From NCBI GenBank assembly GCA_038904015.1, contig JBCKKZ010000001.1, positions 14,906 through 78,905 on the forward strand: a stretch of DNA of 64,000 bases. The letters are read 5' to 3'. Numbering within the stretch: the first letter of the stretch is position 1; each line of letters begins with the position of its first letter. A program made the translations under genes and the position numbers. Under the pieces are notes generated by a model, which saw only the letters and a program-made list of their open reading frames with translations, had not been told where the DNA came from and searched no databases. Origin of the DNA: Burkholderiales bacterium. GTDB taxonomy: Bacteria; Pseudomonadota; Gammaproteobacteria; Burkholderiales; SG8-39. Shown here in pieces: positions 18,850 to 27,653 of the stretch.

Positions 18850-18867
18850 GCTCCGATTGGCTGGGGC

Positions 18868-19124
18868 GCGCCGGCGAGGCCGTGCTTACCGCGAACCTCG
18901 GCACCGGCCAGGGCTACAGCGTGCTCGAAGTGGTGCATGCGTTCGAGCGCGCCACAGGCAAGAAGGTGCCCTACCGGATCGTGGAGCGGCGGCCCGGCGA
19001 CGTCGCCATCTGCTACGCCGATCCCCGCCTCGCCCATGCCGCGCTCAACTGGCGCGCGGCCTGTTCGCTCGAGGATATGTGCCGCGACGCCTGGAACTGG
19101 CAGCAGTCAAGTGCGGGCGCCTGA
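18868..19124 (+). pseudogene. galE 3' stump, copy 1
   Basis: [74 protein letters not shown]. Nearly identical to 21985-22225 and 28592-28795. Confidence 0.85.
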
Positions 19125-19161
19125 ATTAACTGGTAGTGTTGAACATGAGACCTGGCTTGGG

Positions 19162-19509
19162 CTAGTCATCCTCAAAAACAGCGATAAGGCAGTCCGAAAC
19201 CTGTTGCAATATAACGTCTGGAACTTTCTCAACAAAGGCGGCTTGCCTTGCCGTCCAGTCCAACGATTTGAGCTGGTGTGCGTGAATCGAACCATCTGTT
19301 CGCAGCCCTGAGCCCATCAACGAAATAAGGAAGCCGCTGTTGCGAGCAACTTCACCGACTCCTCCGGAGATAGGGCAAGCCATGGCTAATCGGAATCGAG
19401 CATTGAAGGAACGCGGAGAGACTACCAGGCAGAGGTGCTTCCCCAGGATTTCTCCACCAGATGCCGGGTCGAACTGGATATGGAGAATGTCGCCGCGTTC
19501 GGGAATCAC
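19162..19509 (-). CDS. MazF/ChpB-like toxin
   Basis: From a GTG start: (M)IPERGDILHIQFDPASGGEILGKHLCLVVSP...CPISGG...HQLKSLDWTARQAAFVEKVP. It appears intact. Confidence 0.75.
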   Translation of the reverse strand: MIPERGDILHIQFDPASGGEILGKHLCLVVSPRSFNARFRLAMACPISGGVGEVARNSGFLISLMGSGLRTDGSIHAHQLKSLDWTARQAAFVEKVPDVILQQVSDCLIAVFEDD

Positions 19510-19739
19510 AACTCGCCCCCAACGCAAGGCAGGTCATCCCATCCTTCGGCGCGGAATAAACCTTCTGGTGTTGCGGCTAACAAGTCAGCTAATTTAGGCC
19601 GTTGGCGCCCTGGCTTTACTTTCAATTCAGCGCCGTTGATTTCAACTGACACTTATAGGGGACTTTCCCGTCGAGCGGGATCGAGACCTTCGGGGTGGCC
19701 ACCCCGGCCTGCCCACGATGCTGGATTTACTCCTGTCAC
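19506..19739 (-). pseudogene. MazE/PemI-like antitoxin region interrupted by in-frame TAA (19653-19655)
   Basis: C-terminal 48 codons VSVEINGAELKVKPGRQRPKLADLLAATPEGLFRAEGWDDLPCVGGEL end in a GTGA overlap with the toxin start. No frame gives a convincing intact AbrB N-domain. Confidence 0.4.
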
Positions 19740-19809
19740 CGCGAAGAATCCGACGCCAATGGCCACGTTGTCCTTTTAAAAAGGATAAATGTTAGCTAAA
19801 GTGGTCCTA

Positions 19810-21123
19810 ATGGAAAGCCAATTCCGTCAAATCATCCGGCAAAAAATAGTCGATGCCGTGGCTGCGCCGCTGCTTGCGCTGACGCGGCGTGACGTCTGGC
19901 TGCCCAGCGTGCCTGGCAAAGCCTGTGTGGTCATCGGGATGCGTCGGGCCGGCAAAACCAGCCTGCTGTGGCAGATTCTCGGCCGGCGCCATGCCCAGGG
20001 CGTGGCGCGTGAAGGGCTGCTGTATTTCAGCTTCGAAGATGAGCGGCTGGCCGGCATGCGGGTGGAGCACCTCGATCTGTTGCTGCAAGAGTATTACCGT
20101 CTGTATCCGCGGTGGCGAGACCGGCAGCGTGCCACCTTCTTCCTCGACGAAATTCAGTTGGTGCCGGGTTGGGAGGCTTTTGCCCGACGCCTGCTCGATA
20201 GCGAAAAAATCGATCTCTTTCTCTCTGGTTCCTCGGCACGACTGCTCTCGCGCGAAGTAGCCACCAGCATGCGCGGACGTGCCCTGGAGGCGGTGGTATT
20301 TCCGTTCAGCTTTCGTGAAACCCTGCGCCATGCCGGTCGCGAGCCCCAAAAAGCCAGCCGGCACTTCACCAAGGCCGAGCGCTCCCAACTCGACAGCGAC
20401 TTGCTCGCGTATGTCGGCCAGGGCGGCTTCCCCGAGGCGCAAGGGCTCGACGTGCGCAACCGTCATGAGCTGTTGCGCAGCTATGTCGATGTCGTATTGC
20501 TGCGTGACGTGATTGAGCGCTACGCCGTTTCCCAGCCGGTGGTGCTGCGCTGGATGGTGCGCCAACTGCTGGGCAACGCCTCCGGCACCTTCAGCATCAA
20601 CAAGTTTTTCGCCGACCTCAAATCGCAGGGCATTGCCGTTGGCAAAGACACCCTGCACAGCTATCTGGCGCATCTGGAAGACGCTTTTTTGTTGCGCAGC
20701 ATCACCATTCACACCGACTCCGAACGCCGCCGCCAAGTCAACCCGCGCAAGGTTTATCCCATCGACACCGGCTTGATTCCCGTTTTTGACCGCTCGGGCA
20801 AAGCCAATCTGGGTCATGCCCTTGAAGCCGCCGTATTGCTGGAGCTGCAGCGCCGTGGCGCCGAGCTGGCCTATGTGCGCACCGCCGGCGGCTTTGAAGT
20901 GGATTTTCACGCGCGCCATGCCGATGGCCCGGAGTCGCTCATCCAGGTCTGTGTCAGCCTCGATGCCGCCGCCACCCTGGCGCGTGAAACCCGTGCCCTG
21001 CAAGACGCCGCTGCCCACTATCCGCGTGCCGAGCGACTCATCATCACCTTCGACCAACCGGCCAGGCTGGCCGTTAGCGACGGCATCAACGTGCGCAGTG
21101 CGCACGAGTGGTTTTTGGAATGA
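19810..21123 (+). CDS. AAA+ ATPase, COG1373/DUF4143-type
   Basis: Walker A GMRRAGKTS, Walker B FFLDEIQ, then a long C-terminal domain. Paralog of the gene at 1-468. Confidence 0.75.
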   Translation: MESQFRQIIRQKIVDAVAAPLLALTRRDVWLPSVPGKACVVIGMRRAGKTSLLWQILGRRHAQGVAREGLLYFSFEDERLAGMRVEHLDLLLQEYYRLYPRWRDRQRATFFLDEIQLVPGWEAFARRLLDSEKIDLFLSGSSARLLSREVATSMRGRALEAVVFPFSFRETLRHAGREPQKASRHFTKAERSQLDSDLLAYVGQGGFPEAQGLDVRNRHELLRSYVDVVLLRDVIERYAVSQPVVLRWMVRQLLGNASGTFSINKFFADLKSQGIAVGKDTLHSYLAHLEDAFLLRSITIHTDSERRRQVNPRKVYPIDTGLIPVFDRSGKANLGHALEAAVLLELQRRGAELAYVRTAGGFEVDFHARHADGPESLIQVCVSLDAAATLARETRALQDAAAHYPRAERLIITFDQPARLAVSDGINVRSAHEWFLE

Positions 21124-21214
21124 GCTGGAATGCCGATACCGCGGGTGGCTAGCGACTCCCAAAATATGCAACCCGCAAGTTCGAAGCCAAAAAAAACTCA
21201 TAAAGGATAGGTTC

Positions 21215-21541
21215 ATGGGACGACTGACGACAAATTCCTCCGAAACGGTGCAAGCGCGGATCAAGACCGATCCAGAGTTTGCGGAAGCGCTGCTAAGAGA
21301 GGCAACCGATATGTTCCTCAACGGTGAGGCGCAAGCGGCCCGTTTGCTATTGCGCGATGTGGTCAATGCGACGGTAGGCTTCGAGCAGATAGCAGCGGCG
21401 ACTCGCCGTCCTAGCAAGAGCGCCCATCGCATGCTCTCTGCGCGTGGCAACCCGACAATGGAAAGCCTCTCTGCTGTCTTCGCGGCGATACGCAAGGTCC
21501 TCAACATAAGCTTCGAGACGCATACAGTGCACCGTGCTTGA
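21215..21541 (+). CDS. Addiction-module antidote protein (COG3636 / HigA-like HTH), orphan
   Basis: ...DPEFAEALLREATDMFLNGEAQAARLLLRDVVNATVGFEQIAAATRRPSKSAHRMLSARGNPTMESLSAVFAAI. No killer gene lies in the 90 nt upstream. Confidence 0.55.
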   Translation: MGRLTTNSSETVQARIKTDPEFAEALLREATDMFLNGEAQAARLLLRDVVNATVGFEQIAAATRRPSKSAHRMLSARGNPTMESLSAVFAAIRKVLNISFETHTVHRA

Positions 21542-21768
21542 CCGGGTCCGCGGGTGTCGCGTCACTAACAACAGTCTTACCACCCCTCCATTTTCAAGCG
21601 ATCCTTCGCCCAGTTCGTCAAGAAGGCGCTAAGGAAAGTGAAGGGCTGAATATCGGGCCCCTTCAGTGGGCATTTCACCATCATCGGGTTGAACGGCAGC
21701 AGCCCCCTTGGCGCCGCCCCTTTCGGCAAGATAGGAATCCCGCCCTGCAACTTCTACATGATGCAAGC

Positions 21769-22225
21769 ATGAGTTCGAAAAGCCCGCGCAGGACGGTGCT
21801 GGTGACCGGCGGCACGGGATACATCGGCTCGCACTGCGCCCTCGCGCTGCTCGAAGCGGGGCACGAGGTGCTGATCGCCGATAACCTGAGCAACAGCCGC
21901 GCGGATGTGCTCGACCGCATCGAGCGCCTGGCGGGCAGGCGGCCCGCCTTCGAGCGCATCGATCTGCGTGACGCGCCTGCTGTCACTGACCGCGAACCTC
22001 GGCACCGGCCAGGGCCACAGCGTGCTCGAAGTGGTGCATGCTTTCGAGCGCGCCACAGGCAAGAAGGTGCCCTACCGGATCGTGGAGCGGCGGCCCGGCG
22101 ACGTCGCCATCTGCTACGCCGATCCCGGCCTCGCCCATGCCGCGCTCAACTGGCGCGCGACCTGTTCGCTGGAGGACATGTGCCGCGACGCCTGGAACTG
22201 GCAGCAGTCAAGTGCGGGCGCCTGA
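21769..22225 (+). pseudogene. galE with large internal deletion (copy 2: 5' end plus 3' stump)
   Basis: [43 protein letters not shown]...IDLRDAPAV, then a frame change to [27 protein letters not shown]...[10 protein letters not shown]. Confidence 0.85.
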
Positions 22226-22227
22226 AG

Positions 22228-22418
22228 TGGCATTCAGGCGCTTGCGCATCCTCGCCCGCTTCCAGCCGTGCCAGCCAGGCGTCGGCCTCCTCGGCCGTGA
22301 CGTGCAGGCCGCTCGCCTGGTAGCTCGCCCAGGCATCGAGCGCGGCCTGACGCAATGCTTCGCGCTTCTCTTCACGCTCAACGTACTGCTACGGACCGAG
22401 CGGCTCGCCGCCTGTCAT
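22228..22418 (-). pseudogene. parD remnant, copy B (same lesion as copy C; parE absent)
   Basis: Reverse complement ATGACAGGCGGCGAGCCGCTCGGTCCGTAG..., then ...RQAALDAWASYQASGLHVTAEEADAWLARLEAGEDAQAPECH. It abuts the galE stop codon. Confidence 0.65.
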
Positions 22419-22465
22419 CTGTCACGTGAAATACAATCCCCACCGTAGAAGGGGAGCCCGGGGCC

Positions 22466-22729
22466 ATGAGGAACTACAGCATCCGCAAGCGCGTGCTCGT
22501 CACCGGCAGAGGTTACAGCGTGCTCGAAGTGGTCGATGCGTTCAAAAAAGTCTCGGGCCGGCCAGTCCTTTGCCAGATCACAACGCGGCGCCCAGGAGAC
22601 ATTTCGGCTTGCTATGCGGATGTCAGAAAATCAGGCAAATTATTAGGCTGGCGCGCTCGGCGCGGTCTGGAACAGATGTGCGTTGATGCTTGGCGTTGGC
22701 AATCTGCCGACCCTGATGGGCCTTCGTGA
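22466..22729 (+). pseudogene. Chimeric stump: uxs leader and codons 1-14 fused to a divergent galE 3' allele
   Basis: [14 protein letters not shown]|[66 protein letters not shown]. The junction is at the shared CACCGGC. Confidence 0.8.
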
Positions 22730-22739
22730 AGGAAGCGCT

Positions 22740-23024
22740 CGACCGGGCTCGCCAGAATCCGGAGCAATCGCGCCGGCAAAGATCGGAATCTTCGTACCGA
22801 GGTCAAACGGCAGCGTCGAATCCGCGACCTCGACCAGAAGCAGGACATCCGCAGCCGTCGGATGCGAGGTGGAATTACGGACTTCCGATCGGCGCCCTCT
22901 CGACGATCTCCCCTTCGATCAGCTCCAGGCGCGCCTCGGGGGCGAACACGCCCGCCTCGCCCATGCGCAAGTACTCCTGCGCGCTGACGGTGTGACGCTG
23001 CGGGTATTCGAGGACCGCGCTCAT
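22740..23024 (-). pseudogene. Uma2-family (DUF820) endonuclease, degenerate
   Basis: MSAVLEYPQRHTVSAQEYLRMGEAGVFAPEARLELIEGEIVERAPIGSP, then a stop. Another frame continues ...LLLVEVADSTLPFDLGTKIPIFAGA... Confidence 0.5.
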
Positions 23025-23313
23025 CGAAGTCTATGGCCTGTCGTTCGTCTCGATCGCGATCTTACCCCCCCCGGACGCATGGGCCAGCAGGCCACGGCCG
23101 TTTCGGGGTCACCGTTTCGGGGTCTTTAGTTTGCAGACGCGCTCCGGCTTTCCAGTGGCCGTCAATACAAGACCTGCAAACTCAAGCCCTGACCCCATCG
23201 CCGCACGCGGCGATCCCGGCACGCGTGTCTTGCCGCACTTGCGAAGAATCTTGAGCAGAAAAACTGTTACGGAAAAACCTGCCTGAATATACCTGTTCAT
23301 ATATAATTCAAGC

Positions 23314-23496
23314 ATGGGCGACAAAGAAAAACCGCTCGAATGGATAGCAAGCAGCCACAAAGACCTGATGGCATTCCAGAAGAAGAGCAAGCGCGGGATC
23401 GCCACGCCGACAGCGGACATGGACATCGTTCGCGCAAGGCTCAAAGTAGCCGAGGCAATTGCAAAGGAGTTACGAGATGAAAAAACGAGTCATTGA
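23314..23496 (+). pseudogene. HigB/Gp49-like (DUF891) toxin with internal deletion
   Basis: The 60-aa product joins the family N-terminus (KPLEWIASSHKDLMAF) directly to its C-terminus (QKKSKRGIATPTADMDIVRARL). The central core is missing. Confidence 0.55.
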
Positions 23497-23812
23497 CGGT
23501 GTTGAAGTGCGGCGCAGTTCGGGCAACGTGTATGCTGATCTTGGCGTGCCTGATGCGGAAAAACTCAAGATCAAGACCGGCCTGGTGATTGAGATCAGAA
23601 AAGCCATGCGTCGCCTTGGGCTGACTCAACAACAGGCAGCCAGGCGGATGAGGGTAACGCAGCCAAAGGTGTCCGACATGATGCGCGGCGACTTCTCCAA
23701 CTTGTCCGAACGCAAGCTGATGGACTGTTTGAATCGGCTTGGCTATGACATCGAAATAAAGGTGATGCTCGCCACAAAACCGGTCGGCCATATAATGCTG
23801 GCCGTCGCTTGA
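23477..23812 (+). CDS. XRE-family HTH antitoxin (HigA-like)
   Basis: ...SSGNVYADLGVPDAEKLKIKTGLVIEIRKAMRRLGLTQQQAARRMRVTQPKVSDMMRGDFSNLSERKLMDCLNRLGYDIEIKV. Confidence 0.7.
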   Translation: MKKRVIDGVEVRRSSGNVYADLGVPDAEKLKIKTGLVIEIRKAMRRLGLTQQQAARRMRVTQPKVSDMMRGDFSNLSERKLMDCLNRLGYDIEIKVMLATKPVGHIMLAVA

Positions 23813-23920
23813 CGAGGCTGATTTCTCCCGGGCCTGCCTGGTACTGGTCAGACCGCGTGGGGCACCATAACCAGAGCAGTCTGGAGTTGACCCGTTTCCG
23901 TGGACGGTTTGCCACTTGGG

Positions 23921-24140
23921 TCATAAGCGGTTATCCACAGGCTCGGGCGCGGGCGCCCAGTACGCCACCGCGCGCCCGGGCCTGTGGGTAACCGCGCGCT
24001 CGTGGTGCGTTGAATGACGGCGCTCGAACTCGACCGGCGAGATCCTGCCAAGGCTCGAATGACGCCGTGTGGGGTTGTACCAGCCTTCGATGAACTCGAA
24101 GATCGCCATGCGCGCAGCGGCCGGGGTCACGGTGCGCTTC
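23921..24140 (-). mobile_element. IS3-family transposase (OrfB) C-terminal fragment
   Basis: ...AAARMAIFEFIEGWYNPTRRHSSLGRISPVEFERRH. No upstream catalytic region is present. Confidence 0.55.
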
Positions 24141-24170
24141 GCGCGCTTCTTCGGCTTCGCGGTTTTCTTG

Positions 24171-24845
24171 TCACTGCGGCGGGAAACGCAGCCTCGAAAA
24201 CGCTCGCCCGGCCAGAATCGCACGGCGCTCGATCTCCGCCGCCGATTCGATCCAGCCCTTCTGCTCAAGGAAAATGAGGAACGCCCGCGTGCTGATCTTG
24301 CGGCAGTTGTCGGGCACCAGAAAACCGGCACGCGCAATCTTGTGGTCCTCGAACAGGAATACGCCGGTCGTTGGCGATTCCATGAGCGCGAATTGGCTCA
24401 TCGCCTCCTGGATCGCCAGCTCGCCGAGGCATGACCGACCAACCCGGCTTGAACAGCACGTCGAGGGCGTCGGCGTAGGCGAGCGTAATGAGCGGCCCGG
24501 CATCGGGCAGCAGAGCAACATCCTGAGGCGCCGACATCGCGTTCCCGGCTCAAAGCGTCGGCAGCGACCCCAGTTGATCGACCATTTCTTGAGTCGACGC
24601 CTCCGGCAGCCTCGGCAGCGGCAGATGCGCTTGCGCCATCAACAGGAACAGGTCTTCCTCGCTGTCGACACCCAGCGCGCGCATGGCCTCATCGCCCGAC
24701 AGCCGCCCCAGAGAGAAATCGAGCAGGACCGTGTAATTCTGGTTGCCGGAGGTTTCGGCGGCCTCGAAGGTCTCAACCAGAAACCGCGATCGCGGCCGCG
24801 AATTGCCTCAGGCCACTGCTGGCGGAGAACCGCCTGCACCATGTC
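24171..24845 (-). pseudogene. Decayed two-gene module of unknown family (both reading frames broken)
   Basis: Upstream gene: MVQAVLRQQWPEAIRG... shifts frame into ...NYTVLLDFSLGRLSGDEAMRALGVDSEEDLFLLMAQAHLPLPRLPE. Downstream gene: MSAPQDVALLPDAGPLITLAYADALDVLFKPGW shifts into ...GELAIQEAMSQFALMESPTTGVFLFEDHKIARAGFLV... Confidence 0.25.
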
Positions 24846-24858
24846 CGTGACATCCCGA

Positions 24859-25905
24859 TCAGCGCAGTTCGTACCAGACGCCCCGACCGCTACCGTGCTG
24901 GTTCAGGTATCCGCGCTTGACCAGCGCACGGAAGTGCTGCTTGAGCGTGTTGCGGCTGGCGCCGGTCAGCTTGACGGCCTCACCGATTGTGACGCGGCCA
25001 TGCTCCCGGGCAAACTCGACAATCCGCAACGAGAGACCGGGCAGCGAGGCCAGCACCAGCTTTTCCCGCTCGACCTTCTTCTCCAGCCGGCGAACCTGCT
25101 CTGCCAGGGAACGCAGGAAGAACGCGAGCCAGGGCTGCCAGTCGGGCGCCTCGGTGCGGATCGTGCCCTGGGTCTGCCTCAGCGCCAGGTAGTAGGCTTC
25201 CTTGTTCTGCTCGATCACACTCTCCAGCGAGCTGTACGGCACGTAGGCATAGCCCGCCCGCATGAGCAACAGCGTCGTCAGCACGCGGCTGAGCCGGCCG
25301 TTGCCATCCTGGAACGGGTGGATCTCCAGAAACACCACGACGCACAGGGCAACGATCAGCAGCGGATGCAGGCGGCCCGCCGCGAGCTGTTCCTGTACCC
25401 AGGCGACCAGTTCGGTCATCAGACGCGGGGTGTCGAAAGGCGTGGCTGTCTGGAACACGATGCCGATCTGCACGTCGTTCTCGTCGAAGGCGGCGACGCT
25501 GTTCGAATGGGTCTTGTAGTTGCCGCGATGCCAGGTGTCCTTCTCGCTGTAGCGGAGCAGGATCTGGTGCAACTGCTTGATGTAGTTCTCGGTGAAGGGA
25601 ATGTCCTGCCATGAGGTGAACGCCAGATCCATCAGCTCGGCATAACCGGCCACCTCCTGCTCGTCGCGGGTGGCGAAGGACTTGATCTCCAGATTCGACA
25701 GCAACTGCTCCACCTCGCGGTCGGACAGCTTGCTGCCCTCGATGCGGGTGGAGGAACCAATGCTTTCGATGGTGGCGACGCGGCGCAGGGCCGACAACCG
25801 ATCGGGCGCAAGCGTACCCAAGGCTCGCCAGGCGCCTTTGAACTCGTCGATCCTGGCGATCAGGCTCAGGATCTCCGGGGTGATCTGGATGGTGTCGGAC
25901 CGGAG
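24859..25905 (-). CDS. Fic-family protein (AMPylase-type) with C-terminal wHTH
   Basis: Canonical Fic motif HPFQDGNGRLSR. Fic_N-like N-terminus (IARIDEFKGAW). C-terminus ...IGEAVKLTGASRNTLKQHFRALVKRGYL. Confidence 0.85.
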   Translation of the reverse strand, partial: LRSDTIQITPEILSLIARIDEFKGAWRALGTLAPDRLSALRRVATIESIGSSTRIEGSKLSDREVEQLLSNLEIKSFATRDEQEVAGYAELMDLAFTSWQDIPFTENYIKQLHQILLRYSEKDTWHRGNYKTHSNSVAAFDENDVQIGIVFQTATPFDTPRLMTELVAWVQEQLAAGRLHPLLIVALCVVVFLEIHPFQDGNGRLSRVLTTLLLMRAGYAYVPYSSLESVIEQNKEAYYLALRQTQGTIRTEAPDWQPWLAFFLRSLAEQVRRLEKKVEREKLVLASLPGLSLRIVEFAREHGRVTIGEAVKLTGASRNTLKQHFRALVKRGYLNQHGSGRGVWYELR

Positions 25906-26063
25906 CATGCAACCAATAATACGCCCAATTACACCCAAAACTACGCCGCCGAATTGGCGCGGGAGCCGTCGCGCCACACGGTCGGCATCGCCGGCGGTCA
26001 CCCTCGTGATTACCCCGAGCGGGGTGGTGCGGAAGAGCGTGTCTGCGCCGGCTCGCGGGCGCG

Positions 26064-26993
26064 GTGTGGTCGGCGGGGTATACCGGCAAGGGCATCACCG
26101 TGGCGGTGGTGGATACCGGGGTGGATCGAGGGCATCCGGACCTGAAAGGAGCGGTCCTCGCCTCCAGGAACTTCACGGAGGAATCGGCCAAGGACATGGT
26201 GGGCCACGGGACCCACGTCGCCGGCGCCATCGCCGGCCGCGGCAACCTCTATCGCGGTGTGGCGCCTGATGCCAAGGTGCTTGCAGCCAAAGTGCTGGGC
26301 GTCAACGGCGGGACCGACACCGATGTCGTCGCGGGTTTGAGCTGGGCGGCGGCGCAGGGGGCGCAGGTCATCAATCTCAGTCTTGGCGGTCGCGGCACGC
26401 CGGACGATATCCTGAGCCGTGAATGCGATGCGTTGATGCGTGAAGGGATCGTGGTGTGCGTGGCGGCCGGCAACGAAGGCCCCGGCAAGGGGACCATTGG
26501 CTCACCGGGCATGGCCCGCGAGGTCATCACGGTGGGGGCGGTGGACAAACAGAAGGCCGTAGCCTTTTATTCCTCGCGCGGCCCCGTCCGCTACAAGGGA
26601 AAAACGATTCGCAAGCCGGACCTGCTCGCCGTGGGCGGTGGCATCGCGCGGCGCGCCGCGTGTCCCTACGAGCCGGGCATCGGATCAGCCCGCAGCCGTG
26701 TCCTGTCAACTTCCGCCTGTGACCTGACGGCTCCGGCTCGCCGGTCTCGACCGGCCAGGCCAAAGTATCTCCGCATGTCCGGCACCTCCATGGCCACGCC
26801 CCAGGTGGCGGGCGCCTGCGCGTTGCTCCTGGAGGCGGTTGGCGTGAAGCCGGGTGCGCCGGACCCGACGCTGGCCGGCACGATCAAACGGGTGCTCACG
26901 CAGACCGCCGAGAGCTTGGGGCTACCCCGTGATGCGCAGGGCGCCGGCCTCCTCAACGCCCGGAAAGCTCTGGCGGCTCTCAGGAAAACGTGA
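26064..26993 (+). CDS. S8 (subtilisin-like) serine peptidase, lacking signal peptide and propeptide (probably 5'-truncated)
   Basis: Catalytic triad contexts VAVVDTGVD, GHGTHVAG and SGTSMATP. An in-frame stop at 26007 leaves no room for a leader or prodomain. Confidence 0.7.
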   Translation: MWSAGYTGKGITVAVVDTGVDRGHPDLKGAVLASRNFTEESAKDMVGHGTHVAGAIAGRGNLYRGVAPDAKVLAAKVLGVNGGTDTDVVAGLSWAAAQGAQVINLSLGGRGTPDDILSRECDALMREGIVVCVAAGNEGPGKGTIGSPGMAREVITVGAVDKQKAVAFYSSRGPVRYKGKTIRKPDLLAVGGGIARRAACPYEPGIGSARSRVLSTSACDLTAPARRSRPARPKYLRMSGTSMATPQVAGACALLLEAVGVKPGAPDPTLAGTIKRVLTQTAESLGLPRDAQGAGLLNARKALAALRKT

Positions 26994-27122
26994 CCTCCAT
27001 TTTGATGATAAGCGAGGCGGTGAAGCGCGCCGTCACGCCCCGCTGAGCGATGCGCTGAGTGGATCGGGGGGTTCAGTGATTGACTGCCGCCGCAGGCGGC
27101 GCGGTGGTGGCTTCTTGCCCAG

Positions 27123-27497
27123 CTACTTCCGCTTGATCAAGAACTCCTCCCGCTTCGCCCCCGCCTTTTCCCTTTCCTTAAGCCACTTCGGCGTCAGGCC
27201 GCGCCCCGACCATGTCGCCGCGGACTGGGGATCGCGGTATTTCGGCGCAACCTTGCGCTTCGCGCGGCCCTTCGCGTTCGCGCCTTTCTTGCCCGCGGGT
27301 CGGCCCGGTCCCGGCCTGGCATTACCGCCCGCCGCGCGTTTGCGCGAGGGCTTCTGCAATTCCTCGAGCGTAATGCCGTAGTCGGCCATTTTCTGGCGAA
27401 TATCGGCGATCACTGCCCGGGCCTCCTTGCTGCGGCGTTTCGCGGCGAGGCGCTGCAGGCGTTGGATTTCACCGAGCAGGTTCTTGTAGCTTTTCAT
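27123..27497 (-). CDS. H-NS-family nucleoid-associated protein
   Basis: N-terminal coiled coil, a basic linker, and C-terminus KYRDPQSAATWSGRGLTPKWL (the TWSGRG motif). Confidence 0.8.
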   Translation of the reverse strand: MKSYKNLLGEIQRLQRLAAKRRSKEARAVIADIRQKMADYGITLEELQKPSRKRAAGGNARPGPGRPAGKKGANAKGRAKRKVAPKYRDPQSAATWSGRGLTPKWLKEREKAGAKREEFLIKRK

Positions 27498-27653
27498 ATT
27501 TCACTCCCCTGATTTCGACTTTACAGCGTCGACCTGCGAAATTCTACCGTGCGTCCGTTCCTTCAAGAGCGCCCAATTCGCTCCTTGCTCTTAGCTACTG
27601 CAATCGCTAATATCCGCCGTTCATCGTTTGAACAGCCCCCCCCGACCCGCATG

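Noticed and set aside
22146-22355. 69-aa minus-strand ORF as an intact small gene
   Set aside because: It is the C-terminal half of parD reading on past its lost stop codon into antisense galE sequence.
26064-26993. S8 peptidase as a secreted protease
   Set aside because: No signal peptide or propeptide can be encoded, because an in-frame stop lies at 26007. It is treated as truncated or cytoplasmic.
27000-27122. GC-rich hairpin (gccgcc-gca-ggcggc, about 27090-27105) as a bidirectional terminator between the S8 gene and hns
   Set aside because: The stem is short and has no flanking T or A tract, which is insufficient for a terminator call.
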